A DNA stretch of 64,000 nt. Source: Octopus sinensis (taxonomy: Eukaryota). Shown here piece by piece: positions 51,078 to 63,872 of the stretch. Location: contig NC_043007.1 in assembly GCF_006345805.1 (NCBI RefSeq), positions 744,001-808,000 on the forward strand, read 5' to 3'. Positions within the stretch are counted from its first letter, which is position 1. Each line of letters opens with the position of its first letter. Below the pieces are notes generated by a model, which was not told where the DNA came from, made no database searches, and saw only the letters and a program-made list of their open reading frames with translations. The position numbers and the translations under genes are program-made.

Positions 51078-51109
51078 AAACTATAGAAATCTCATCATGT
51101 ATATATATA

Positions 51110-51400
51110 ATAATAATAATAATTTGAGAGAATATTATTACAAACTTACAGGGAAAAATTCAATTTAGAAATACTAAATCAAATTTCACAAAATATAATA
51201 TATATTTAAATTAGAAAAAGACCACCTTTTATCAATTCAAAATGAAAACTTAAATTACACTATCTAGAAAATTACATATAATAGAAATATTAAATATATT
51301 AAATATAAGATATATAAGATATTATATGTAATTTTCTAGATGGCGTAATTTAATTTTTCCTTTTGAATTGATAAAAGGTGTTTTTTTTCTAATTTATATA
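51110..51400. repeat. AT-rich inverted repeat related to 4257-4580
   Basis: ~80-bp arms (~51205-51293 / 51320-51400); shared CAAACTTACAGGGAAAAATTCAATTTAG flank. Confidence 0.75.
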
Positions 51401-51420
51401 TATATGTGTGTGTGTGTGTG

Positions 51421-51891
51421 TGTAATAGTGTATAAACAATTTATGTATTTATACATTAAAGAGGTGACCTTTGACAGGACAATTTACATGCTAGAGGGGA
51501 TAAAGCCCGAACCATGAATAACAGCAAATTTCAAAGGGAATGAAAATAAAAGATATTTTTGTAGTTACCCTCAAGCTCGAGTTTCTGTATCAATGTACAA
51601 ATGAATTAATTTGCCATCTGTACTTCTTCAGTGAGGGTGCTAAAATTAATGCATATTTATGCAGCAAAGAGCACCAAAAATACACGTGCTACATACTTAT
51701 ACATTATAATTTTCAAATCCATCACGCAAGCGCAGTTACATTCAACAGCTTATAATAAAAAAAATCAAAACTGCATACCAGAAAGGTTTTGAAAACTTTG
51801 GTATTTGACTACCCCCTCTAGCATGTAAGGTGTCCCGTCAAAGGTCACTTCTTTCATGTATAAATATGTAAATTGTTTATATACTATTATA
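51421..51891. mobile_element. Unclassified MITE with 80-bp TIRs
   Basis: 51421-51500 vs reverse complement of 51812-51891: 70/80 identical; ~310-bp spacer. Confidence 0.8.
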
Positions 51892-52002
51892 TAAGAAAAC
51901 CTGTTATCTATTGACTTTATTACACATGCTAACCACTGGTATGAAAATTTTTCTAAATTTTCTACCCTTATTATTTTCACAGTATATATATATATACTGT
52001 GG

Positions 52003-52412
52003 CTGTGGCTGTGTGGTAAGTAGCTTGTTTACCAACCACATGGTTCCGGGTTCAGTCCCACTGCGTGGCACCTTGGGCAAGTGTCTTCTACTATAGCCTC
52101 GGACCGACCAAAGCCTTGTGAGTAGATTTGGTAGACGGAAACTGAAAGAAGCCCGTCGTATATATGTATATATATATATGTATATGTGTGTGTGCGTGTA
52201 TGTTTGTGTTTGTCCCCCTAGCATTGCTTGACAACCGATGCTGGTGTGTTTATGTCCCCGTCACTTAATGGTTCGGCAAAAAGAGACCGATAGAATAAGT
52301 ACTGGGCTTACAAAGAATAAGTCCCGGGGTCGAGTTGCTCGATTAAAGGCGGTGCTCCAGCATGGCCGCAGTCAAATGACTGAAACAAGTAAAAGAGTAA
52401 AAGAGTAAAGAG
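52003..52412 (+). mobile_element. Young full-length SINE family A
   Basis: Intact A/B boxes, CpGs retained, (AGTAAAAG)n tail. Confidence 0.93.
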
Positions 52413-52834
52413 TATATATATATGTGTGTGTGTGTGTGTGTTAGAAGGTTTTGAGGTGATGTACAGGTATTATATATTAGAATAAAATAAGGTACTCAGA
52501 AATCTGGATGGTTGTACATTTACAGATTTTTATAAATATGTCACATGTTTTTATAAATCATACATTAGAGCTTGCATCTACTCTAGTAGATTCTTCTGAA
52601 GAAACCCCAATCTCTTAAGAAAATTTGGTCTAAACAACATCTTGGTGAAAACGAAATTTTCTCTTCCGTCTTTGTGGTTCCTTACGGATGCAGAACTGCC
52701 AAAATCGTTTCAAAGGCAGTTTGAAGATTTGTTTAGTCTCTTATGGAAGTAAAACTTTAGGAAAGAGAAAGAAAACCATTAACAAAGACATATATTGTGA
52801 TTTTGCCAACATTTCAGACACGGGGACCATCTCT

Positions 52835-53045
52835 GACATCACCACCACCACCACACCACCACCACCATCATCACCACTATCAACACTATCATCATCATCA
52901 TCGTCATCATCCTCATCATCATCAGCAGCAGCACCACCACCACTACCACCACCAATAATACTACTGCATTAACTACTACTACTACTACTACAACTACTAC
53001 CACCACCACCACCACACCACCATCACTAATACTACTAGTGCTTTA

Positions 53046-53080
<35 letters not shown>

Positions 53081-53105
53081 CACCACCATCACCAATATTA
53101 CTATA

Positions 53106-53137
<32 letters not shown>

Positions 53138-53420
53138 CTATACTACTACTGCATTAGATACCACTGCCTCTATTACAACTACTGCTACAACGACAATGAA
53201 AATGATGATGACCACCACCACCGCCACAACCACCACCACTACTACTGCTACTACAACAACAACACCAATGATGATGATAATAACAATCGCCACCACCCCC
53301 GCCACCACCACCACACCACTACCACCACAACTATTACCATCACGTTTATTAATCCTTCCACCCTACCAGCACCACCACCGCCGCCGCCGCCGCCACTACT
53401 ACTACATCACCCACCACACC
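52835..53420. repeat. Compound CAC/CAT/TAC trinucleotide microsatellite
   Basis: Direct inspection. Confidence 0.93.
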
Positions 53421-54160
53421 TTATGTTGTTTCATTGTCACTAAGTGTGTCTGCTTCATCACTGTACCCTAGTTTTTTGGGGTTTTTTCGGTTATTTTTTC
53501 CTTCTCCTATATGTTATATATTTATATATACATTTTTTGTTTCATATTTTCAGATCTATATACATCGACACTTAAATACCTTCCACCCATATTTCACCTA
53601 CTTTCCTCTGTTATTCTATTCATATTATTCCTTATTAAATACACCTGCCATCCCAAGTTCTTTGCCAAACCTCATATAACATTTCATTATCCATGTCTCC
53701 TTTTTTTTTCCTCTCCATATTTGCTACTCTATTTTTTTTTCTTTATAATTCAGCCATCCATGGCAGTCTGCCACTATATGGTCCTGCGACTGTCTAATGA
53801 GGTTCTTAGTTCAACCACAAATATTATTAGTTCATTAGAATTAACCTATAATAAACACTGAGTTTACTTTTAATACTAGTCACCCGATTCTCTTCTATTC
53901 TGTTCAATCTATGTTGATTCTATTAAATGTAATTATGGTAACATTGTATGTTTGGAGTTGTTGCAGCTGCACCTGGTTTGGCGTGGAGTTGGCTGCACCG
54001 ATGACAGGGTGAAAAAGCGTGTTAGAATGTGAGCCAAAAGAACCTGGACATTCCGTGGTAGCATCAACAAGTTTTGAGTATCACTAGAGGAAACAATAAA
54101 GTTAGTGAGTGCTGAAATAATAGTGACTACCAGTTGGTGGCTGATGAAGGGTGCTATCCT

Positions 54161-54390
54161 ATTTCTTTACTGCCCACAAGGGGCTAAGCACTGAGGGGAC
54201 AAACAAGGACAGACAAAGGGATTAAGTTGATTATATCGACCCCAGTGCGTAACTGGTACTTAATTTATTGACCCCGAAAGGATGAAAGGCAAAGTCGACC
54301 TCGGCGGAATTTGAACTCAGAATGTAATAGCAGACGAAATACTGCTAAGCATTTCACCCGGCATGCTAACAATTCTGCCAGCTCGCCACC
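54161..54390 (-). mobile_element. Full SINE family B with TSD
   Basis: CTATCCT at 54154-54160 and 54391-54397. Confidence 0.9.
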
Positions 54391-54638
54391 CTATCCTTCC
54401 ACATGGTTTCTATCAATCATGTTTCACTCATAAGGCTTTGGTTAAGCAAATGACTATGATTAAAAAAATATTTGCTCGAGGTGCCCTGGAGAGGAATTGA
54501 ACTCAAAACAAAATAGTTCCATAGGGACCTTCTTGACCACACAACCATGCTTGTACCCTTATTAACATATTGGTTACTGTACATCATGTACATTGAAAGT
54601 ATGCATATAAATGTGTAACCCATTCATAAATAAAGAAC

Positions 54639-54838
54639 GATACTGTTAGATTCACAGGAAATCCTGTGGCTTTTGGATGATGCTGTTAGAATCACAGAAA
54701 TCTCTGTGGCTTTTGGATGATTCTGTTAGAACCACAGAAAATCCTGTGGCTTTTGAACGATTCTGTTAGAACCACAGAAATCCCTGTGGCTTTTGGACGA
54801 TACTGTTGGGATCACAGAAATCCCTGTGGCTTTTGGGT
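54639..54838. repeat. 40-bp minisatellite, 5 units, each with an internal hairpin
   Basis: GAT.CTGTTAGAAYCACAGAAATCCCTGTGGCTTTTGGAY; CACAG/CTGTG stem. Confidence 0.93.
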
Positions 54839-55564
54839 GATGAATGTTCATGGCATGGGAGCTTGTCAGATTGTAAAAGAAGTTTTGAGGGAAAATGCAT
54901 TTCTGATGATGATTCAGGGCTCTCCAAGAACTTCCTGCACTGCTTGCAGGGAATCTAATCGCAAGGTTCCAGAGTTCAAGTAGCTTCCAATCAAAGCTGG
55001 ATATGTCTATTTGAGGGCAAACGGTCATGTCTGTTGTTGCCAACATCCAGATGTGAAACTGCAATCATAACAAAGACAACACCAGTGTCCTAATTCACAA
55101 ACTGCACATAATTGCTCACGAGGAAAAGACTAAGTGCACACTGTAGACACGGGTGGTGTAGTTATCTTGGTGGGCGTGTTCTATAATCTGATTGTGACTC
55201 AACCTTTGACCTTTGAATGCCAAGATATTACCTTCAATTTTTTTAAGTAATATTGTAATATTAAGTAATATTAAGTACAGTACTGCACCATACAACATGT
55301 TAATTAAAATATATTTCTAAAAAATACGTAGGGTACCGTAGATGAGTAAACAAAGAATTGCACATACTGTATGGGAAAAGAAATTCGGGAGGCAAGTGAG
55401 GGGTGTGGTTTTGCTTCCTATTCACCTGGAATCATGTGAATAGGAAGCAAGCTTCTTACGACACAGCCACAATTCTTTAAGAATTTTTACTTTTTATATA
55501 TATGTGTGTGTGTGTGTGTGATGTATGTGTGTGTGATGTATGTGTGTGTGTGTGTGTGTATATA

Positions 55565-55772
55565 TCACGTGATCACGTGACCGACCAGACCATCTGATGT
55601 TGTTACACATCGCTGGTCACAATGCGTTCGCATTGTTTTTTAGCCTTCGAATGACGCCACCCCACTGGCTAAGCGAGCAGGCCAACAGAAGAAAGAGTGG
55701 TGAAAGAGTACAGCAGGGATCACCACCCCCTAACCGAGTCCGCTGCCCTAACCATTGGGCCATTGCGCCTCC
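55565..55772 (-). mobile_element. Internally deleted tRNA-derived SINE family C
   Basis: Minus strand starts GGAGGCGCAATGGCCCAATGGTTAGGGCAGCGGACTCG (tRNA-like 5' half; B box lost) and ends in CACGTGAT repeats. Confidence 0.6.
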
Positions 55773-55969
55773 ACGTGTGTGTATATATATACATATATAA
55801 TATAAATAATATATAAATGCATATATGTACATACCTATATACATGCATCTATGGGTACAGGACATCAAAAAAACGTTGAACACAATGGGAAACAAAAACA
55901 TAAAAAACAAATTTATGCAAATTATTAAAATAATTTTAAAAACTATACAGTACAGTACTGTTTTTCCCA

Positions 55970-56038
55970 TATCACAGGGTTTTCACCTATTGCAGGAGTT
56001 TTTGGGAAGTAACACCTGCAATAGTTGAGGGATTACTG
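55970..56038. mobile_element. pogo/Tigger-like terminal fragment
   Basis: Ends GAGGGATTACTG|TA (reverse complement TA|CAGTAATCCCTC); partner TIR not found. Confidence 0.5.
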
Positions 56039-56253
56039 TATGTGTAATTCAAAATATAAACATTAACAAACCATAAAATAAATTTTTATTTTTCAAAACG
56101 AAACAAAACAGTAAGAGGGAAATTAATGTTTATTTTTGTCTTTTTTCCGCTTTATTTTATATTTGAAAAGTTTTCTCCTACAATTTTTGAATCGCAAAGT
56201 TTTTGATCTTCACTATGACACCAGGAACACTTCAAAATTATATTTCCAATCAT

Positions 56254-56611
56254 AGGTGTAGGAGTGGATGTACGGTAAGTAGCTTCCTTACCAACCACAT
56301 GGTTCTGGGTTCAGTCCCACTGCGTGGCACCTTGGGCAAGTGTCTTCAACTATAGCTTCGGGCCGACCAAAGCCTTGTGAGTGGATTTGGTAGACGGAAA
56401 CTGAAAGAAGCCCATCGTGTATATATGTATATATATATGTGTGTGTGTGTGTGTATGTTTGTGTGTCTGTGTTTCTCCCCCCAACATCGCTTGACAACCG
56501 ATAGAATAAGTACTAGGCTTACAAAGAATAAGTTCCGGGGTCGAGTTGCTCGATTAAAGGTGGTGCTCCAGCATAGCCACAGTCAAATGACTGAAACAAG
56601 TAAAAGAGTAA
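56254..56611 (+). mobile_element. SINE family A with internal deletion
   Basis: Collinear with 52003-52412 except for a ~50-bp deletion after GACAACCGAT. Confidence 0.9.
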
Positions 56612-56735
56612 TATAAACCATTTTGAATATTATTTTACCAAGTCTAAAGCGATTTCATTTGTACCTTAAACCATTTACCATTTCCATGGTTCCATCCTCC
56701 CCTCGATGCCCTAAGCATGTGCATATTCTGCTTAA

Positions 56736-57197
56736 CCCTTTAACATTGAGATTACTCCGTCAAATGTAATTCTTATTTATTCACATTGCTTTGAATTACG
56801 TGTTATCGTGTAGCTTTGGGATTTCTTTGATGTGCTTGTTTATTTTCTGAATGATATTGTAGGGTAGGCAGCGAGCTGGTAGAAATGTTAGCACGCCGGG
56901 CAAAACGCTTAGCGGTATTTCGTCTGCTGTTACATTCCAAGTTCAAATTCCGCCGAGGTCGACTTTGCCTTTCATCGTTTCGTGTTCGATAAATTAAGTA
57001 CCAGTTACGCACTGGGGTCGATGTAATCGACTTAATCCATTTGTCTGTCCTTGTTTGTCTCCTCTGTATTTAGCCTCTTGTGGGTAGTAAAGAAATAGAT
57101 ATTGTAGGGTAGGTGTGAGAGGCTGGATCTAGTCAGTTTGCATGTAAAACAGGTAGAATATTTTGGGCCAGATATGGCTGGTTTAAGTGCTAAAGGG
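56736..57197. mobile_element. Third piggyBac-like MITE family (TTAA TSD) with nested SINE B
   Basis: TTAA|CCCTTTAACA ... TGCTAAAGGG|TTAA. SINE B (56869-57097) is flanked by a 16-bp direct repeat GATATTGTAGGGTAGG (56853-56868, 57098-57113). Confidence 0.88.
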
Positions 57198-57874
57198 TTA
57201 ATAGTTAATCCAGCGTTGGATATGATGAGCAAGTAGACCCCATTAAACCAGTGTTCTGGAGAGGAAAAACTGAATGTAGGTCTTTAAATACAACTGGTGA
57301 AAATAGAGAAGATGTTTTGATCTTGGTAGATCTTATCAATGAATTATATTCAACTCAACTGGACTAATGTACTGTTAATTTTAGCACCTACTGCAAGAGG
57401 TGCCCATCATTGTTATGTCTGTGTAAAAGAGTGCAGATGTCTTACAAGACTGAAAAGCCTCATCCATGATGCTCTAAGATAGGGGTCGCCAAAGGGGGTC
57501 CGAGAAAACTCTTACGGCTCAGTGAGGAATTAAAAGGGGTCAATGATAGCCAAGGGGTCGAATGGGGATCTGTGTGCGAAAGACCAGCTCACCCAGATGA
57601 ACTGCTTGAAATGCTTAGTCAGCGCCATGCCCATCCCTCCCATTGATGTTGTCAATTTCAATAAAAGATATTCCGGCAATATGATGCATTTTTCACATTT
57701 TGTAACTGAAAACAATTTCATAAAAATTGAAAGTTTACACACACACACATTCCAAAATGTAACTACATGTGGATTGTTGGTGATTTTTTCCTTCCGTCCT
57801 CCTTTTCTTTTGGACTTTCCTGTCTCCTGTTTTTTTCCCTCATGTTTTTTCAGGGATTAACTATATATATATAT

Positions 57875-58500
57875 AGGAATCCGAGGTAGAGGTAGACCCA
57901 GGAAGACATGGGATGAGGTGGTCAAGCATGACCTTCAAACGTTGGGCCTCACAGGAGTTATGCTGTGACTGCGAAGACCCAACAAACAACGTGAGTTCAT
58001 GGCTGTTTCCTGCACCAGCTTCACATAGAAGCTCCAGCCCATCCAAAGTACATTGGATCGCAGGACGGCCTGCTGTGCTTATCTTGGATCAAAGGGTGAC
58101 CTGCTGTGCTTTAGGAGACCTATTGAGTCAAGTACATCAACATCAAAATAAATATGAAATGGAAATTGTAGTTGTGATACCTGTGCCAGTGGCACATAAA
58201 AAGCACCAACTGATCGTGGGTGATGCCAGTGCCGCCTTGACTGGCTTCCGTGCCGGTGGCGCGTAAAAAGCACTATCTGATCGTGGCCATTGCCAGCCTC
58301 CCCTGGCACCTGTGCCGGTGGCATGTAAAAAGCACCTACTACCTTCACGGAGTGGTTGGCGTTAGGTAGGGCAACCAGCTGTAGAAACACTGCCAGATCA
58401 GACTGGAGCCTGGTGCAGCCTCCTGGTTTTCCAGACCCTGGTCGAACTGTCCAACCCATGCTAGCATGGAAAACAGACGTTAAACGATGATGATGATGAT
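57875..58500 (+). mobile_element. 5'-truncated RTE copy: ORF end plus 3' UTR
   Basis: RGRGRPRKTWDEVVKHDLQTLGLT followed by the UTR, three hairpin units, terminus and (GAT)n. Confidence 0.9.
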
Positions 58501-58777
58501 ATATAAATATATATATTATATATATATACCAGAGTAAGTGCATAAATGTGAAACAGGTGAAAACAGAGTGCTCAAATACCAGAGGTAGAGTAATATGCTT
58601 TATTAAAAGCAGAAGAAATATCTGATATTTCTTGTTTTTAATAAAGTATATATATATATATATATATATAACGCATATATATATATATATCTTACACACA
58701 CACACTTATTTTCAACATTACCAAAACCGTTTTATTTTTGGGTGTGTGTGTGTGCATGCGTGCGTGCGCGCGTTTGT

Positions 58778-58810
<33 letters not shown>

Positions 58811-59317
58811 GAATATAAAAGACAAGATAGTCGTGTAGTTTATTAAGACCACAGCACATTTTTCTTCACAGGTTCGTTCGACCGTTGCAGACCTGTGGTT
58901 AAGCAACAACAACGGAAAAAGTGCTTCGTACAAAAAAAAAACATTTACTAGTAAACCACCCGCCCCGCCCCACCCTCCCTCCCACCGTGACCACCACTAA
59001 ACAATATCATCACTAAATATGAACAAACAGTAAATATCAATGACATATGTAAACGATGTTACGCGTGTGCTTGCGATATGAAGGCCTGGTTTGTGTGCGT
59101 GTGTGCGCGTGTGTGTTGGTGGCTAATAATACTAAAGATATGGTAATACCCAGCTGCGTTACAGAAATACATTTTAATATCTGTTACATTACCGTGGGGT
59201 GTTGTACTATATAGCAACAATTTATAATCGATACCACTAGACCTCTCTCTACCTGCCTGTCAGATAGAGAGAGGTCGCATCCACACATACATATATACTA
59301 TACACATACATACATAC

Positions 59318-59363
<46 letters not shown>

Positions 59364-59376
59364 ATATATAATATAT

Positions 59377-59422
<46 letters not shown>

Positions 59423-59458
59423 CATACATATATATATACATAGTATATGTATATGTAT

Positions 59459-59500
<42 letters not shown>

Positions 59501-59531
59501 ATATTATATATATATATATACATACATATAT

Positions 59532-59565
<34 letters not shown>

Positions 59566-59571
59566 ATATAT

Positions 59572-59603
<32 letters not shown>

Positions 59604-60029
59604 AAGAATACAGACTTAGGACATATGTTCAAATCCCAGTAGGGTCGTCTTTGCGTTTAGTGGCGGTGCCCCAGCATGGCAAAGCCTTTCAGCTGGAACA
59701 GAAAGTTATATGCACACACACAAAGATATATATATATGCATACATACATGCATACACATATATTTTCACACACACACATATATATATAAGTTGAATTTCT
59801 CAAATCTTAGACCATCGTTCATACACACACACACACACATCCTCTGATACATAGAAAACGACGTGAATGTCACGGCTAGAAGGCTTTTGATGATTATCGT
59901 ACACGATCCGGTATGATTTAGGTTAAATAACTTAATGACAAACACTAAACCATACAAGAACATTCGATTAATGTTAGTCCGTCTGTAATGATCTCTTCTT
60001 CTCTTTCTTCGATATTATATTAAATACGC

Positions 60030-60171
60030 TTTCGGGGTCGATCCCTTTCGGGGGCGATTAAATAAGTACCAGTTACACACTGAGGTCGACGTAATCGACT
60101 TAATCCGTTTGTCTGTCCTTGTTTGTCCCCTCTCTGTGTTTAGACCCTTGTTGAGGGTAGTAAAGAAATAT
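60030..60171 (+). mobile_element. 5'-truncated SINE family B with 18-bp TSD
   Basis: ATATTATATTAAATACGC at 60012-60029 and 60172-60189. Confidence 0.9.
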
Positions 60172-60271
60172 ATATTATATTAAATACGCCACCACCATTC
60201 AAGCTGTGCGTATTTCTTACTTCCTTTTTCTTTCCTTGTCATTGTCGTCATCATCATCATCATCGTCATCG

Positions 60272-60303
<32 letters not shown>

Positions 60304-60492
60304 GTCATCGTCATCATCATCATCATCATCATCATCGTCATCGTCATCATCATCATCATCATCATCATCATCGTCGTCGTCGTCGCCGTTGCCAACATCA
60401 TAATCGTTGTCGTCGTGGTCAGTAACATCGTCTTCGTCATCGTTATCGTAATCATCATCATCATCGTCGTCACCGTCATCGTTATCGTCATC

Positions 60493-60735
60493 GGTACGAC
60501 TTGAGAACAGTGGTCCCGGTGCGCGCACTCGCGTAGTCGCGCTAGCTAGTCGTGACTAGTCGATCCTACAACGACTACCTAAGCAAAGTAAATAAAACAC
60601 AAAATAAATAAAATTTTTTCAAACAAAGTAAATAACACAAAAACACAAAGTAAGGATCGACTAGTCACGACTAGCTAGCGACGATGCGCAAGTACGCGAG
60701 TGCGCGCACCGGGACCACTGTTCTCAAGTGGTACC
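60493..60735. mobile_element. CpG-rich foldback/MITE with ~75-83-bp TIRs inside an (ATC)n tract
   Basis: 60493-60567 vs reverse complement of 60653-60735 is near-identical apart from one internal indel region; A-rich spacer. Confidence 0.88.
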
Positions 60736-63059
60736 ATCATCGTCATCATAATCATCGTCGTCATCGTTTCCGTCATCATCATACTGGACAACTCTAAATG
60801 TCGTCCTCTCTGTGTCTCTCCCTTCTTTCAACGTAACGCAACCATATCAATTTGGTATGATACTAAACCAAACTAAAGCCAACCAAACCATACCACAGCA
60901 CGCAAGCTATATCTCATTGAGGTAATCTAGGACAAAGGCGGCGTAAATTAAACTGAAACCAACAATAGTGGGTAATATGTAAAAATAGCGTAGATATCCT
61001 CAGTGACCGAAACGAAATAAGGAATGTTTCAAAATAGATCATATTTTTTTTAAATAAGAGATTACTATTTTTGTCTCCCATTACTAGCATTGCTGGAAAT
61101 GAGAAATGTCTAATTTAAAAAGAAAAATAAGTTCCTAATTTCGAAATAGTAACTGAAATATAATTATTCATTTGGAAAATTTCGACAGAGAAATTTATGA
61201 ATGAATGTGTACGTCGTCTTCAACGACAAGGCTTACTTACGTATGATGAAATTTTATATTTTCATTCATTTCGAAGTATTTCTTTTTCGATATTTCATTA
61301 AGAGGGTTACGCAAACTATTTTAAAGCATTTACTTATTCTTTTCGACCGTTGACGAGAGCTAAATTACTTTTGTACATTCCTCATTATTGATATTCTCAT
61401 TTTAATTAATTAAAATTTAGTCACTGATTACTTATTAATTATACTCGTGTTTGTCAAGGCGGGTTGCATGAAAAATCAATCTGGAGTTCCGAAAGTTGTC
61501 ATTTAAAAAAATAGAAAAATTCATTTAAAAAAATATTTACCATTTTTAAAATAATAAGTTATCTTTTTCAAATATTTTAAATATAGATTTATAAATTCTC
61601 TTAAAACTTTGTTTATTCAATGTCTTATAGCGGTGAGGGCTGTCCATAAAATAATAGATATGGTTTCTGTGATTTCTGGAAAAGCGTGTAAAGTTTCTGT
61701 AACGGAGTAGGTTTGAGGAACCACAACTATACACCATTTACCAATGTTTGTCTTAGACGAGGACCAGGGCTTGTGAAAGCTGGAACGTGTAGGCACTGCC
61801 ATGTTCCACAAAAATTAAACTGATTTTAAACTTTGTTAATTTTGGCGAAGAATTATTAGGACGCAAAATCGTTAATCGTTAGTCATCTAATTTATAGAAA
61901 GGTGATGGGGAATCACATAAAAGTTTTGGTAATCTTTCTGTTTTTTGTAGCTGTATTGGAAGGCAATAAAATGCCTGTAAACCGGTCCTCAGTTTTAGAC
62001 CCTAACGATGCAATGGTATCTATGAACATTGTATAAAGGACATGGATTTTCATCAAAAATCTATATTACGTCATGCTTTGAACTTGAGACAATTTCTTCT
62101 CATCTTACAAAAGTTTATTAGGCTTCGTTTTGGAAACCCTTAGGTACAGAAGATTTTTGTACAAAATAAAAACCGCGGTTTATTGTGTAATTGTTGGGCT
62201 GTTTGTTTCCTGTCTCTTTTGACGAGTAGATTAAAATGACTTGTATCTTTACAATTCTTCTTTATTCACAATAAAGTTGGACAAACTTGAAAAAGTCTAA
62301 AGCCATCTTAATGATTTTAAAACATGGCTTACAGGCCCCGTACAACGGCATGCGCAGCCATAAACCTTGTAACTGTAGTTCTGAAACTAATGCTAGACTC
62401 TCATCATCTCCCATCAAATATTAGGGGAATTTTATGCTCACTACCTCATTATTACTCAGTGAGCAAATCAGGGTCTCCATTATTATAATTCTTCTGTCTT
62501 CGCTATGGTGTTGAACAAACTTAAAATGTTTAAAACCATTTTGATTTCATTAAACACGATTGTTTGTTCAACCACCCTTTCAATTTCACAGGTCACTGCC
62601 TCTATGAGACAGTTTCCAGTTTTTTAACCTTGTTCATCGTCATAACCACGAAAGACAACAGTCATGGATGTAAAATCTATATTTCTATTAGTAAGCAGAA
62701 GAATCGATACAGCATTACTTTCGTCTTCTTACGTTATGAGTTCAAATCTCACAGAGATCAATTTTGCCTTTCATCTCTCTGAGGTCGATAAAATAAAGTA
62801 CCACTCCAATATTGAATATCGGCTTTGCATTGTTTCTTTTCTGTTTCTTTTTAATGTTGTGAGATTAAATCCTATCGGTGTCAACTTTGCTTTTCACCTT
62901 TTCGAGGCCGATAAAATAAAGGAATGAGTTTTGGGAATAGCTATCAGTACTTAACGGGGAAGGAAAGGAACACGGAAATTGCAGATGGCGGGCGAAAGGT
63001 ACAAAAACAATTGAAAATGTGTAGACACAGGAGTAAAAAAGCGAGAAAAGAAATTCTTT

Positions 63060-63245
63060 TATTTGTTTCAGTCATTTGACCGCGGCCATGCTGGCGCACC
63101 GCTTTTAGCCGAACAAATCAACCCCAGGACTTATTCTTTGTAAGCCTAGTACTTACTCTATCGGTCTCTTTGCCGAACCGCTAATTTACGGGGATGTAAA
63201 CACATCAACATCGGTTGTCAAGCGATGTTGGGGGGGACAAACACA
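63060..63245 (-). mobile_element. SINE family A, 3' half
   Basis: TTGTTTCAGTCATTTGAC.GCGGCCATGCTGG...CTAGTACTTA.TCTATCGGTCTC. Confidence 0.88.
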
Positions 63246-63524
63246 CACATACACATAAATGTATGTGTATTTTTTCAATGTTTACAAATAGCACGGAAAA
63301 AATAAATTGTTACCAGGGTAGCAAAAATTCACATAAGTACCAAGGATGTAACAGCCTACTTATAAAGGTAGAAATTCCATGTTTTGCGGAAATGATTTTG
63401 CATAACATAGGTAAATAAATCGAGTTAAACGCGAGTGTTATTCAGATCTTTATACTACCTACATATGTTTCGAAACATCTGTCGGAAGTATAAAGATTTG
63501 AATAACACCTACGTTTAACTCCAT

Positions 63525-63578
<54 letters not shown>

Positions 63579-63618
63579 GTCTGTCTGTCTGTCTATCTGT
63601 CTGTCTGTCTGTCTGTCT

Positions 63619-63780
63619 AGTGAGAATTTACAAAAAACAAAAGACGAAGACGGGTGTGTAAACAACAAACAGCTGTATTAGTTTAACGCTTGGGAAGTGA
63701 GAAAGTCTTTTACGTTTCGAGCCTACGCTCTTTGACAGAAAGGAACACAAAAATAAACAGGGAGAGAAAATAGAAAATGG
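63619..63780 (-). mobile_element. Possible Penelope-like terminal-repeat fragment
   Basis: Minus strand GAGCGTAGGCTC-GAAACGTA resembles stem II and the core of a degenerate minimal hammerhead. Confidence 0.35.
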
Positions 63781-63783
63781 TAT

Positions 63784-63872
<89 letters not shown>

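Noticed and set aside
52003-52070. SINE heads as genuine tRNA genes
   Set aside because: A and B boxes are present, but there is no proper cloverleaf or acceptor stem, and they are followed by SINE body sequence.
53929-54152. Solo LTR followed by a primer-binding site (TG...AATAAA...CA then TGGTGGCTGATG)
   Set aside because: No second LTR or TSD, and the PBS does not match a tRNA 3' end I can verify.
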